From positions 1-60,547 of the IMG/VR virus record IMGVR_UViG_3300027112_000001: a DNA stretch of 60,547 nucleotides; one strand, given 5' to 3'. Numbering within the stretch: the first letter of the stretch is position 1; each line of letters begins with the position of its first letter. The position numbers and the translations under genes are program-made. The notes under the pieces are model-generated. The model did no database searches. It saw nothing but the letters and a program-made list of their open reading frames with translations, and had not been told where the DNA came from. The DNA comes from a virus. Taxonomy: Duplodnaviria; Caudoviricetes. Shown here one piece after another: positions 25,481 to 34,016 of the stretch.

Positions 25481-25673
25481 GGACCCACCTCTCCTCCGTG
25501 ATAGATCCAGTCTTGAGCTCCTGCTTGATCCACGTCTCCTCGGCTCGGTTGGTCATGCGCACTATGATCTTGCGACGACGCGGCGTCTCGAAGACGAGCT
25601 TGATCTCGTCGTCGTGGTACTCCTTGCGGATGTCGGCTGGCAAGCTGTGTATGGGTATACTATGTGCCATGGT
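25461..25673 (-). CDS. Hypothetical protein (start refined to MAHSIP)
   Basis: GGAGGT RBS upstream. Confidence 0.45.
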   Translation of the reverse strand, partial: TMAHSIPIHSLPADIRKEYHDDEIKLVFETPRRRKIIVRMTNRAEETWIKQELKTGSITEERWVRADETK

Positions 25674-26208
25674 GCTCACTACCTCCCTTAAGTCGGTCGA
25701 ACAGAATAGTAACGGACTCGATGGTCGGGTCCCTACGGACTTTGATCTTCGTGCCACCGGCCACGAGCTCGAACGCTTGCTGCCGTGTAGCATTCAAGCA
25801 CAACCCGTTGCCCAGCGGCACCAGCACATCGCCGACGGCGACCGTCACCCCAGGTGGCAGAGTGGTTGAGGCCAGGCTAGTCACGACGTAGGCGTCGTAC
25901 GGTGGCCCCACCTCGACCTCTATCTCCGGCTCGGTGTACGTGCGGTTGATCAGGATCTTGCCCATGGCGTCTTCCTCCTTGTTAGGTGGCTTAATTTTCA
26001 TGGCGAGGCTGGACTCCAGCGCTTCCATAAAGCTAGGGGTGTACTGCGGGTTATGCTGCCAACCATCGAGCCTCACGATACGGCCAGGCAATATGATCCG
26101 CCCAGCGATGTCCTCGATAGTGCCGAGGTACACATAGTCCTCCGGCTCATCCCGTTTCCGGATATACCGTTCAGCGTGGGCAAAGTTACGAGCCAAGAGG
26201 TACCGCAT
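25660..26208 (-). CDS. Hypothetical protein
   Basis: ORF in operon; internal RBS before MGKILIN. Confidence 0.5.
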   Translation of the reverse strand: MRYLLARNFAHAERYIRKRDEPEDYVYLGTIEDIAGRIILPGRIVRLDGWQHNPQYTPSFMEALESSLAMKIKPPNKEEDAMGKILINRTYTEPEIEVEVGPPYDAYVVTSLASTTLPPGVTVAVGDVLVPLGNGLCLNATRQQAFELVAGGTKIKVRRDPTIESVTILFDRLKGGSEHHGT

Positions 26209-27100
26209 ACTCCACCACGTATTCTTCGAGCCATGGCCGCTTCTTCCGCCATCGCTCTGGGGCTGGTTCGTCTGTCGCCATGAGTATTGGTAGCTTCGTC
26301 TCCTCGGGGATCTGGAAGCACGACAGCCCTAGCTGGGCCCATAGGTGCTCGATGTTCGCTCGCCACCCAAAACAAAAGTCCTCGTACTTGATCCGGATCT
26401 CGTCGCGGTAGTAGTGGTGGGCGAACATGAGTGACGCGTTCAACTGGTTGACTGCTATCTCCGTTAGGGGTCTGCACAACTTCCAGTCCGCGTACCAGCA
26501 CGGCGGCATGTCGAACTTCCACCAGCCTGTGTGCCTGTCTCCCGTCGGTGTCTCGACGTCCACCCATCGGGCCTCAAACGCTCCGTCCTTCTCCCAGCCG
26601 TCGATCAATCCGTTGACTATGGCTCGCGAGTCCCGCTCACACACCACGTACTTGATCTTCGCGTTCGGGTACAGCTGCTCCATGATCCCGCGTCGATAGA
26701 CATCTTGCGGGGTCTTCAGCAATAACGTGTCACGTGGCGAGCGATACGGGTGCCACACGAGTTCTATCTCCGCTGCTGACAAGTAGGGCGGCTCCTCTAT
26801 ATGTTCACGCTGTAGCCACCGGCGGTTCTGCCACGCGGTGATGTCGCATGGCCGCAGTAGCTCGTTGGCAATGCAACTCCGCACGAGCTCCGGGTTGTTG
26901 AGCTCGTGGAACTCATCCGAGTCGTGCCAAGGGTAGCCATTCTGAGCCAGCTTCAGGTAGGGCTCGTGCTCGCCCACCAACTGGCACACGTCCGGGTGCA
27001 GCCCGAGGGCATGCTTGATGATGGTGCTCCCGCTGCGGCTGGGCCCGACCATGCATATGACGGTCTTGGGCTCGTACTTCAGGCTAAGATCCAGCTTCAT
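26186..27100 (-). CDS. Sulfotransferase-family (P-loop) protein
   Basis: 5'-PSB-like 'ICMVGPSRSGSTIIKHALGLHPDV', 'LLLKTP', 3'-PB-like 'YVVCERDSRAIVNGL', 'IKYEDF'. Confidence 0.75.
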   Translation of the reverse strand: MKLDLSLKYEPKTVICMVGPSRSGSTIIKHALGLHPDVCQLVGEHEPYLKLAQNGYPWHDSDEFHELNNPELVRSCIANELLRPCDITAWQNRRWLQREHIEEPPYLSAAEIELVWHPYRSPRDTLLLKTPQDVYRRGIMEQLYPNAKIKYVVCERDSRAIVNGLIDGWEKDGAFEARWVDVETPTGDRHTGWWKFDMPPCWYADWKLCRPLTEIAVNQLNASLMFAHHYYRDEIRIKYEDFCFGWRANIEHLWAQLGLSCFQIPEETKLPILMATDEPAPERWRKKRPWLEEYVVEYAVPLGS

Positions 27101-27854
27101 ACGCGTAATCCTTATCTACGACGCCTACTTCCATATCCCCGACCAACGACGGGTGCCAGTACCACGAGCCGACCAGCTTTCCAAACAGAGGCTTGTCAGC
27201 GGTGTAAGTCTTCACGTGCCCTCGGCGGCTGTGCAGTGGCATCTTGAAGCCTGGCTCGTTGATGTTCACGTCCCGAGGGTGCTTCTTCGTGCCGAGCTTC
27301 AGCTTCAGGACATGGTACTTGAACTCCCAGTCCTTCTGCCGACGAGAGCTAGGGCGAGAGAGTTTGGGTAGCTGCAACGTCTCCGTAGTACCATAGTGCA
27401 CGTTTTGGCATGCGAAGAACTTCAGCAAGTTGAGGATGCTCCACCGCACTACCTCGGCGTCGTGCTCGTCAAACGACATAGTTTTCGGGTAGATCATGAA
27501 TCCCAGAACACCATCTCTAAGCTCGGCGTCGTACTCCGCGTACATGAAACCCCATGGCTCGCTTAAGATCGAGAACGCTATCCCCTTTAGCCCGCTGCGT
27601 GTTCGCTGGATGGTGTACCCCATAGGCATCTTCAGACTGGTGACCTCGATGTAGAGGCAATCGTAGGGCATCGGCAGACCAGTTATCTCCGACATGTGGC
27701 CTTCTTCCGGGAGGATGGGGTAAGGCACGGAGAACTTGTGGAGATCCCGAACGCTTCTCACGCCAGCTTTGTACCCTTCGGGAAAGACAAACGGGAGCTT
27801 GAAGGACCGCAGCGCATTCATGTAGTTCGGAAATAGCTCCTTGGCTCGGCTCAT
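27084..27854 (-). CDS. Conserved phage protein with HxRRGH motif
   Basis: C-terminal 'PLHSRRGHVKTY...WYWHPSLVG'; start refined to MSRAKE. Confidence 0.6.
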   Translation of the reverse strand: MSRAKELFPNYMNALRSFKLPFVFPEGYKAGVRSVRDLHKFSVPYPILPEEGHMSEITGLPMPYDCLYIEVTSLKMPMGYTIQRTRSGLKGIAFSILSEPWGFMYAEYDAELRDGVLGFMIYPKTMSFDEHDAEVVRWSILNLLKFFACQNVHYGTTETLQLPKLSRPSSRRQKDWEFKYHVLKLKLGTKKHPRDVNINEPGFKMPLHSRRGHVKTYTADKPLFGKLVGSWYWHPSLVGDMEVGVVDKDYAYEAGS

Positions 27855-28465
27855 CTTCCCTCCTTCACGATAGCGTAGAAGTCCTCGGGTGCAGTCCGAT
27901 GGTCCAAGACCGTGACGCGTCGCCCTGCCTTCCGGAAGTTCTCTTGGTTGTTCAGGTTCTGCCGATGCAGGTCGCGGCAGTTCTTGTCGTTGAACGGAGC
28001 CAGCTTCTGCCCTGGCTTCAGCTTCTTCGCTCGTCGAGCGAGTATCCTCTCGATGCACACCTCGACTGGCGTGTCCAGGAACAGGAAGTGGACCACCTCG
28101 CGTCCGTAGAGGTTAGCTAGCTGCTGGGCCTGGTTGTTCCATCGGCCGAACGTGCCGCTGACCATGAAGCCTTCGTACAGCACGTGCTTCTGCGGCACCC
28201 AGTCCATGGCCAGGCGGTTGATCAGGGACTCCAGCTGGTCCGTGTTGCCTCGGTGGGCGATGAACCAATCGCACCCGCCACACTGCATGTCGTAGATGCC
28301 GACCGTCCGCAAGTTCAGGTCCGGGACCAGTAATCCCACGGTCTGCTGCCACGCGTCGCCCTCCCGCGTCGGGTCGAGCAGGTCCTGCTGCTCGTGCTTC
28401 TCCAGCATCATGTGGACGCAGTGACTCTTGCCGCTGCCGTTCGTGCCTCGTAGGTTATAGATCAT
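27851..28465 (-). CDS. P-loop nucleotide kinase of the DNA-hypermodification type
   Basis: 'YNLRGTNGSGKS', 'VGIYDMQCGGCD', 'VLYEG', 'FLDTPVEVCIERILARR'. Confidence 0.78.
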   Translation of the reverse strand: MIYNLRGTNGSGKSHCVHMMLEKHEQQDLLDPTREGDAWQQTVGLLVPDLNLRTVGIYDMQCGGCDWFIAHRGNTDQLESLINRLAMDWVPQKHVLYEGFMVSGTFGRWNNQAQQLANLYGREVVHFLFLDTPVEVCIERILARRAKKLKPGQKLAPFNDKNCRDLHRQNLNNQENFRKAGRRVTVLDHRTAPEDFYAIVKEGR

Positions 28466-28668
28466 GCTTGCTCCACTAACTTACCGTATGCCCAGACTAC
28501 CTTGCCTAGCTCGTTCACTACACGCGTCTTCTTCACGCGAGCTCCGTCGCCCGAGTTTTGAATGTCGGTCGCAGCCTTGATGGCTGCGTCTAAGTTTTCG
28601 TACAACGGTCCGTGCCCGACCCAGTCGAACTCGCGATTCCAGACTAACTCTACTTGGTACCTCACCAC
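28462..28668 (-). CDS. Hypothetical protein
   Basis: Short coupled ORF. Confidence 0.45.
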   Translation of the reverse strand: MVRYQVELVWNREFDWVGHGPLYENLDAAIKAATDIQNSGDGARVKKTRVVNELGKVVWAYGKLVEQA

Positions 28669-29387
28669 TGCACCATCCCCGTAGCGCAGGCCACGCCTCC
28701 GCCATGCTCAAGCAACTGGTCTATCGGCACCGGGATCACGTTGCAGTGCGGCTCCAGCAGCTTGATGGTCTGTTTGTTCCGATCCCCGATCACAATGTTG
28801 TCGCGGTACTGCACCCAGTTGGAGTGCTTCGTCTTGTACTCGTCATGTGGCAACGGGATGCAGCCCGTTAGCCACGCGGGTGGCTCGTCGCCGCACTCGG
28901 CCAGGGCCTTCTCGTCGCAGAAGATGTTCCACCCCTGCACCACGTTGGCCAGCCCGAGCAGATGCTGGTCGTGCCACGCGGGGAAACCCGTAATGGTGAC
29001 CGTCATGTTCCTAGCTTTGTAGGTCAGCCAGTGCTCTAGGTGTCTCGCCGCCACCAAGTTGGTCCGCGTGCCGAGCCCAATAATCACATGCGAGCTCGTG
29101 GTCCAGAGCAGGTCCGCTCCTTCCAGGCAGCCCTCGGGTAGCGTGTGCTCCCAGTGTCGCCGCGTGATGTCAAAGAAGCGATGGATCTCTGAGGACCGAG
29201 AGGACTTGCCCATCATCTGTGGTCTGACTAAGCCCAGCGGCGTGAAGGCGAACACGTCCCGGAGGAACACCGCGTCAGTCTCTTCGACTGGATAGCGGTA
29301 GGTCGCGATGCCTAGGTCCGCGTAGACTTGAGCTAGGTTGTCCAAGTCCTTCTGCATGGCTTCGTGCTCTGCTACGTACACTATCAT
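28662..29387 (-). CDS. Amidinotransferase/arginine deiminase/DDAH (pentein) superfamily enzyme
   Basis: 'DAVFLRD', 'LEGAD', 'GTRTN', 'QHL', C-terminal 'HGGGVACAT' catalytic Cys. Confidence 0.8.
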   Translation of the reverse strand: MIVYVAEHEAMQKDLDNLAQVYADLGIATYRYPVEETDAVFLRDVFAFTPLGLVRPQMMGKSSRSSEIHRFFDITRRHWEHTLPEGCLEGADLLWTTSSHVIIGLGTRTNLVAARHLEHWLTYKARNMTVTITGFPAWHDQHLLGLANVVQGWNIFCDEKALAECGDEPPAWLTGCIPLPHDEYKTKHSNWVQYRDNIVIGDRNKQTIKLLEPHCNVIPVPIDQLLEHGGGVACATGMVQW

Positions 29388-29584
29388 GGTTTAACCTTGT
29401 GCCTCACTAAGACTTCGATGCCCAGGTCCGCCATCGCTTCCTTACGGACCGCGTTCTCTTCGGAGCGTATCTCCGTGCCCTTCCGTCCCATCTGTGCGTT
29501 GACCCTGCCGGTGCTCGGGTACTCGCCGCGTCGCCAGACTTCGACGACCGCCTCGATGATCCGGCGTCTATGCTGTGGTGTCAT
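29384..29584 (-). CDS. Small hypothetical protein (start refined to MTPQHRR)
   Basis: Overlapping stop/start at both ends; GGAG RBS. Confidence 0.45.
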   Translation of the reverse strand: MTPQHRRRIIEAVVEVWRRGEYPSTGRVNAQMGRKGTEIRSEENAVRKEAMADLGIEVLVRHKVKP

Positions 29585-30450
29585 CTCCCCTCCCAAGGCG
29601 CTAGTACGCGTCCCGTTGCTTGGTACACTTTCAAACGGTCCTTGTCGATGCCATGCCATCCCCCGAGCTCGCCCAGCGTGTTCTCTGGGAATACTCGGTG
29701 TCGAATGACCCATAGCTCCGATAGCTTGGAAGCGCATACCGTCTCGCCTGCCAGCATGTCGTCTACTTTGTGAATCCGTCCCTGTTGCCGGTCGATGTTC
29801 CGCCCAGCGTAGAACGTGCCCTTGTTCATGCCAGCCCAGTCGCAGAGCAGGCTCTCGCATTGGGAGACGGAGCACGCCAGGCCTTCGCGGTTCAGCGTTT
29901 GGTGGACCTCGTGGGCGGACTGCTCGGTCGGTGTCAGGCCGAGGAACTCCAGCCCCTGCCTGGGGCCACTGGAGCTCGCTATCTCGAACCGATCCGGCTC
30001 GATGTGGTTAAGGTCGCCCAGGTGCATGAGTAGCTCCGCCGACGTGTACGTGGCCCAGCGGCCATTGCCCCAGACCGACTCGACGAGGTTCAGTAGCTGG
30101 CACCAGTTCTGAGCACCGAGCAGCCAACCGTGCAGCGGTCGCCTAGCGTGGACCTCGTCGAGGTGCTGGTAGATCCTGCCACCGTAGAGATTGCGTCGCT
30201 GCAACTCGATCGGGTACTGCATCAGGCCGCCACCACCACCGTCGGCGAACTGCTTAATGACGAGCCGATCGACAAACGCTAGGTGCGCCGAGGCCTCGTT
30301 GTAGTACGCCATGTAGAGGAAGCCCATGTACACGGACTCCTCGCCACTCATGCCGTTGCAGTACTCCTTCAGGAACGGGATGTGGGCATCGTAGTCGCCC
30401 GTCTCCAGTTGCAGCTTGACGAAGTACAGGAATTTGTCTTGGTTGATCAT
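29581..30450 (-). CDS. Amino acid:DNA transferase (aGPT-Pplase2 family)
   Basis: 'LETGDYD', 'YMAYYN', 'QRR', HhH-like 'WGNGRWATYTSAELL', 'SSGPRQGL', 'ESLLCDW', 'FYAGRNID'. Confidence 0.78.
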   Translation of the reverse strand: MINQDKFLYFVKLQLETGDYDAHIPFLKEYCNGMSGEESVYMGFLYMAYYNEASAHLAFVDRLVIKQFADGGGGGLMQYPIELQRRNLYGGRIYQHLDEVHARRPLHGWLLGAQNWCQLLNLVESVWGNGRWATYTSAELLMHLGDLNHIEPDRFEIASSSGPRQGLEFLGLTPTEQSAHEVHQTLNREGLACSVSQCESLLCDWAGMNKGTFYAGRNIDRQQGRIHKVDDMLAGETVCASKLSELWVIRHRVFPENTLGELGGWHGIDKDRLKVYQATGRVLAPWEGR

Positions 30451-30554
30451 AGTTCACCCGAGCCACGCTCCGTGGAGCATGCTTCGGGTGCCCGTCCGCG
30501 TTGGCCCTCGGACGGGACCCTTTCCTACCAGCACGTGCCGGCAGGGAGTGCTTC

Positions 30555-30797
30555 CTACTTTGCTTGCCGGCGACGACGCCGAGCAGCTTTGACCTTCCCC
30601 TTCCCGGAAGCTACGGCTCGCCCGAGGTCCTCATAAGCCTTGGCGATGTTCGCCTTGGCTCGCTCGATGCCATCCCCGCTGCGTGCCTTCTTGGCTCGGG
30701 TCTTCTTTGCCTTCGGCTCCGGCGTGTTCAGCTTGCGACGAGCAGGCTTCTTACGGCGGACTTTTCTCTTCGGTGCTGTAGTAGCAGCTTTCGCCAT
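30555..30797 (-). CDS. Highly basic histone-like small protein
   Basis: MAKAATTAPKRKVRRKK...; GGAGGT RBS. Confidence 0.55.
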   Translation of the reverse strand: MAKAATTAPKRKVRRKKPARRKLNTPEPKAKKTRAKKARSGDGIERAKANIAKAYEDLGRAVASGKGKVKAARRRRRQAK

Positions 30798-30799
30798 TG

Positions 30800-31147
30800 C
30801 TACCTCCGTTTCTTCGAGTGCTTTTGCTTCTGTCTCGACGCGCACTCGTTCAACTCGCCGAGCAGTTCTTCCGTCTGGAACAAGAATTCGTGTATGGTGC
30901 AGAAGTAGCCGGACTCCCGATCCTCTTGCGTGAGTGGCTCCTCCTCCGATCGCCCCGTCACCCAGCACAGCGTAGCGTAGATCGACTGTAGGCTCACGGT
31001 CATGCTAGTCAGCTTGATCGCCAGCATCGAGTTGACTTCCAGGTACCCATCGCTCAAGCTGTCACGAAGCACGTGGAATCGATCCTGCAATACGTTCAGC
31101 TTCGCGATCATGGCTTCTACTTCTTGGATGCTCTTGTGCTCTCTCAT
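30800..31147 (-). CDS. Hypothetical protein
   Basis: AGGAG RBS plus GACACACGAC before the ATG. Confidence 0.55.
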   Translation of the reverse strand: MREHKSIQEVEAMIAKLNVLQDRFHVLRDSLSDGYLEVNSMLAIKLTSMTVSLQSIYATLCWVTGRSEEEPLTQEDRESGYFCTIHEFLFQTEELLGELNECASRQKQKHSKKRR

Positions 31148-31718
31148 GTCGTGTGTCTCCTGTCTCTTCGAGTTTAGCGTAGAGTAGCTCGAGGTTGTCA
31201 GACAGCCTCGTGCGAATCTCCTCGATGAACGCTCGGTTCTCGTACTTCGTGTTCCGGCCGCTAGGGTGAGGGATCCGCGTGAACCACACGGAGCCCGACC
31301 CGGTTATGACACCTGGGGCGGTCGGATACCCAGGGTCTGTCGTCTCGTAGTTCTTCGCCTTCAGGGCATGGTACACCGCACTAGTGACCCGCGTCCCGCA
31401 ACAAATCAGCAGGCTCGGCCTCGGGCACGCCGTCACCAGGCTCCTCGCTGCTCGCCTCGCCTCGTCCAACTGCCACGACCCGCAGATCGCACTGGGTCGC
31501 AGTAGCTGCATCGTGTGGTCGAGAGTGAGGTCGCCCAGCACGCGGCCCAGCCGCTCCCAGCATCGCAGTTGTGCGTCCTCCCATCCGGGTGCCCAGCGAA
31601 ACGCTTCGTGGCGGATCATCGTCGCGAAGTACTTCTGCGGGTCATCGTAGATCCGCTGCCACACTCCTCGATTGCTGCCCCAGCCGTTGACGCGCTCGCC
31701 GACGAGGATCTTACGCAT
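31062..31718 (-). CDS. Uracil-DNA-glycosylase-like fold protein
   Basis: N-terminal 'ILVGE', 'LLICCG..V..A', C-terminal 'IPHPSGRN'. Confidence 0.6.
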   Translation of the reverse strand: MRKILVGERVNGWGSNRGVWQRIYDDPQKYFATMIRHEAFRWAPGWEDAQLRCWERLGRVLGDLTLDHTMQLLRPSAICGSWQLDEARRAARSLVTACPRPSLLICCGTRVTSAVYHALKAKNYETTDPGYPTAPGVITGSGSVWFTRIPHPSGRNTKYENRAFIEEIRTRLSDNLELLYAKLEETGDTRHERAQEHPRSRSHDREAERIAGSIPRAS

Positions 31719-32652
31719 CGATGTGCTGCTCCAACGCGGGGTCTTGGTCCGGCGTGCATTGTTCAGGCTTCTTGTCGTCCCGCCACGCGACGAACCTCGG
31801 GTGTTGCAGCTTGCCGCGCGTCCCTACGCGTTCGTACTCGACTTCGACCACGCGGCCGACGTCGTCCGTGTCGATAGCTTGACGCACTGCGTCGTCCATG
31901 CCGGAGCACGACGCCACAACCATCGCGGTATCTGTCCCAGGGATCACCACCGCGCATTCGAGCGAGCCCACCATGCCGGCGAACTTGCCTTTGCCTGGCT
32001 TCAGCCCCATGACAATCAGGTCGATCGTCCGCTGGTGCTTCTGCTTCGCCCACTCGGAGTACATGCCGTTCTTGAACACGACGCCGTCGAAGTGGGCCCC
32101 GATGGCCTTCACGTTGTCTATTGCTAGATCAGCGCGTTCACGGAAGGTCTTCAAAAGACCATCCGTGGTCTCCCCTATGCGGCTCCAAGCCGGGAAGTCG
32201 ATGCCGCAATTCTTGCCTTTGATGATTTGTGCGACCCCTTCCATGCTGGTCTCGCTGGGCGTATGGCTGTAACCGAACGCGGCGAAGCGTATGTCCTTCG
32301 AGCGTTGAGCCAACGCGGTGCTTACGGCCTCGCGGCCAAGCCCAGGCAGGTAGATCTCGCCGTCGAACCACTCCAGATCATTTGTCTTCTTCCACAGCTG
32401 GTGCGCCCAGTGGCACTGCTCCAGCTTCTCGCCGATGTCGATGCCTTGGGTGGTGATGACGTGCAGCTTCTGCGTGTCGAAACTTCGCAGAGCGAGGACT
32501 CTATTGCCATCACACTTCGCTTGCACGAACTTGTAGTCGTTGGCTGTGGGCTTCTCCGGGTTGTAGACCCGAGGCTTGCGGAACTCGATCCGCTTGCTCT
32601 CCCACCAGAGTTGCGTGGGTCCTTCGCGGACCACGTCCACTAGAAATCTCAT
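31711..32652 (-). CDS. ATP-dependent DNA ligase
   Basis: Motifs KCDGNR, FDGEI, DGVVFK, WAKQK, and OB domain 'GKGKFAGMVGSL...LQHPRFVAWRDDK'; start refined to MRFLVD. Confidence 0.88.
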   Translation of the reverse strand: MRFLVDVVREGPTQLWWESKRIEFRKPRVYNPEKPTANDYKFVQAKCDGNRVLALRSFDTQKLHVITTQGIDIGEKLEQCHWAHQLWKKTNDLEWFDGEIYLPGLGREAVSTALAQRSKDIRFAAFGYSHTPSETSMEGVAQIIKGKNCGIDFPAWSRIGETTDGLLKTFRERADLAIDNVKAIGAHFDGVVFKNGMYSEWAKQKHQRTIDLIVMGLKPGKGKFAGMVGSLECAVVIPGTDTAMVVASCSGMDDAVRQAIDTDDVGRVVEVEYERVGTRGKLQHPRFVAWRDDKKPEQCTPDQDPALEQHIDA

Positions 32653-32900
32653 CGGTCGCCCTTGGTTAGTCGTTTGGGTACGCAGCCAGGACACAGCACG
32701 TGGCATGCGATAAGAACGCCATTGCAGTCTCGCACTCGCAGGGCGGTGACGCCCAAGCGTAGTGTTTGGTTCTGCCCGTTGGCGGATGTGACGAGGAGCC
32801 GACGGCCGCAGCATGTGCAGCCGGTTAGCACCTCGATCTGGACCCACTCCTCCCAGTCGGGAGGGAGATCACAATGTTCGACGAAAGCTTTGATGTTCAT
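32649..32900 (-). CDS. Small Zn-finger-like protein
   Basis: CTCC...CPGC; first gene after the promoter at 32942-32970. Confidence 0.5.
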   Translation of the reverse strand: MNIKAFVEHCDLPPDWEEWVQIEVLTGCTCCGRRLLVTSANGQNQTLRLGVTALRVRDCNGVLIACHVLCPGCVPKRLTKGDR

Positions 32901-32941
32901 AGAAGCCTCTTCTCCACTCAAACAGCGGCACAGTCGCTCAC

Positions 32942-32970
32942 ATTATAGAGCGACTGTGCGCACATGTCAA
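32942..32970 (-). promoter_or_regulatory. Consensus sigma70 promoter TTGACA-N17-TATAAT; -10 lies in the loop of a perfect 12-bp inverted repeat (32928-32959)
   Basis: Minus strand reads ttgaca tgtgcgcacagtcgctc tataat; arms gcacagtcgctc / gagcgactgtgc. Confidence 0.85.
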
Positions 32971-33455
32971 GAGCTCTTAGGTGCTCTCCACAAAATAACA
33001 ACCCACAACGCGATCCAGATCCCTAACGCGATCGCGTTTGGCTCCGGCACGATAGTGCCATCGCCTACGATCCTCCACTCGACTCGACTCGACCCGCTCG
33101 TCGGCGTCATGAACCAATACGACAACTCCAACTCGATCCGCTCGGGGTCGAAGTCGAGCACCCGCTGGTTCTTGCCTAGCGACTCGTAGATGTCGTCGTC
33201 TACTATGTGACGACTCCCGAGCCCGAAGTCCACTTCGGCGGGCACTTCCAGCAGCGGCCAGGTCCACGTTTGCGGCATGCTGGAAGGGTAAACCTCGGGC
33301 ACCACGTACTCGTTGACGTGGATAGGCCTCGGGGGAGGCACGTACGTGTTGGCCGTCGTGTAGGCGACCTTGTAGTGGCCACTCAACGTGACCGGGTCCG
33401 CTTGCACTGGGGTCACCCCCAGGGCAAGCAGCGTAGCGAACAGGACCTTCTTCAT
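32967..33455 (-). CDS. PEP-CTERM-type exported surface protein
   Basis: Signal peptide MKKVLFATLLALGVTPVQA; C-terminus VPEP + TM helix + WRAPK. Confidence 0.72.
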   Translation of the reverse strand: MKKVLFATLLALGVTPVQADPVTLSGHYKVAYTTANTYVPPPRPIHVNEYVVPEVYPSSMPQTWTWPLLEVPAEVDFGLGSRHIVDDDIYESLGKNQRVLDFDPERIELELSYWFMTPTSGSSRVEWRIVGDGTIVPEPNAIALGIWIALWVVILWRAPKSS

Positions 33456-33688
33456 GTGGCCTCCTCGATGTGAAACCTGAAGCCAGTGAGTCGCTCCAAG
33501 AACGCTTCGACTTCGGGTACCTTGCTTAGATCCTCGAGGGTAATGCTGCTGTACCGAACGTTTTGCTCGCCGAGGATCTTGGCGACCTCCACGTTCTTTC
33601 TGCTGACGGTGATGTTGAACTTCAGCTTCCTGGCTAGGTCATTCTCGTAGTCCTTCTTCGACTTGTAGCTTGTGTTGTCGTGTGTCAT
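33452..33688 (-). CDS. Hypothetical protein
   Basis: Coupled ORF. Confidence 0.55.
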   Translation of the reverse strand: MTHDNTSYKSKKDYENDLARKLKFNITVSRKNVEVAKILGEQNVRYSSITLEDLSKVPEVEAFLERLTGFRFHIEEAT

Positions 33689-33689
33689 G

Positions 33690-33998
33690 CTACCACCCTC
33701 TCCTTTGTGAGACGGGCAGTGCTTCCTCGTCGTTGACCGGCAGCTGCGATCGGTCCAGGGATCGAGCGAGCCTAATCTCCTCCGGCGTGCAGCACATGTC
33801 GTACTCGTTGTAGTTGTAGCGGTGCAGGACCGCCTGCCTGGTCAGCGGGCACTTGCGGATCACCGCGAAGATCCCGCGAGAGATGTCGTTGAAGACCACG
33901 CTTCCCACGCCGCTCCCGTCGTCCGACCCTTCGATCATCTCCGCTCGGATGACCTGGCCTTCCTCTTGGTACAACGCACCTGTGTTGAAACGAATCAT
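33690..33998 (-). CDS. Hypothetical protein
   Basis: AGGAG RBS. Confidence 0.55.
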   Translation of the reverse strand: MIRFNTGALYQEEGQVIRAEMIEGSDDGSGVGSVVFNDISRGIFAVIRKCPLTRQAVLHRYNYNEYDMCCTPEEIRLARSLDRSQLPVNDEEALPVSQRRGW

Positions 33999-34016
33999 AT
34001 CCTGTGTCTCCTGTGT

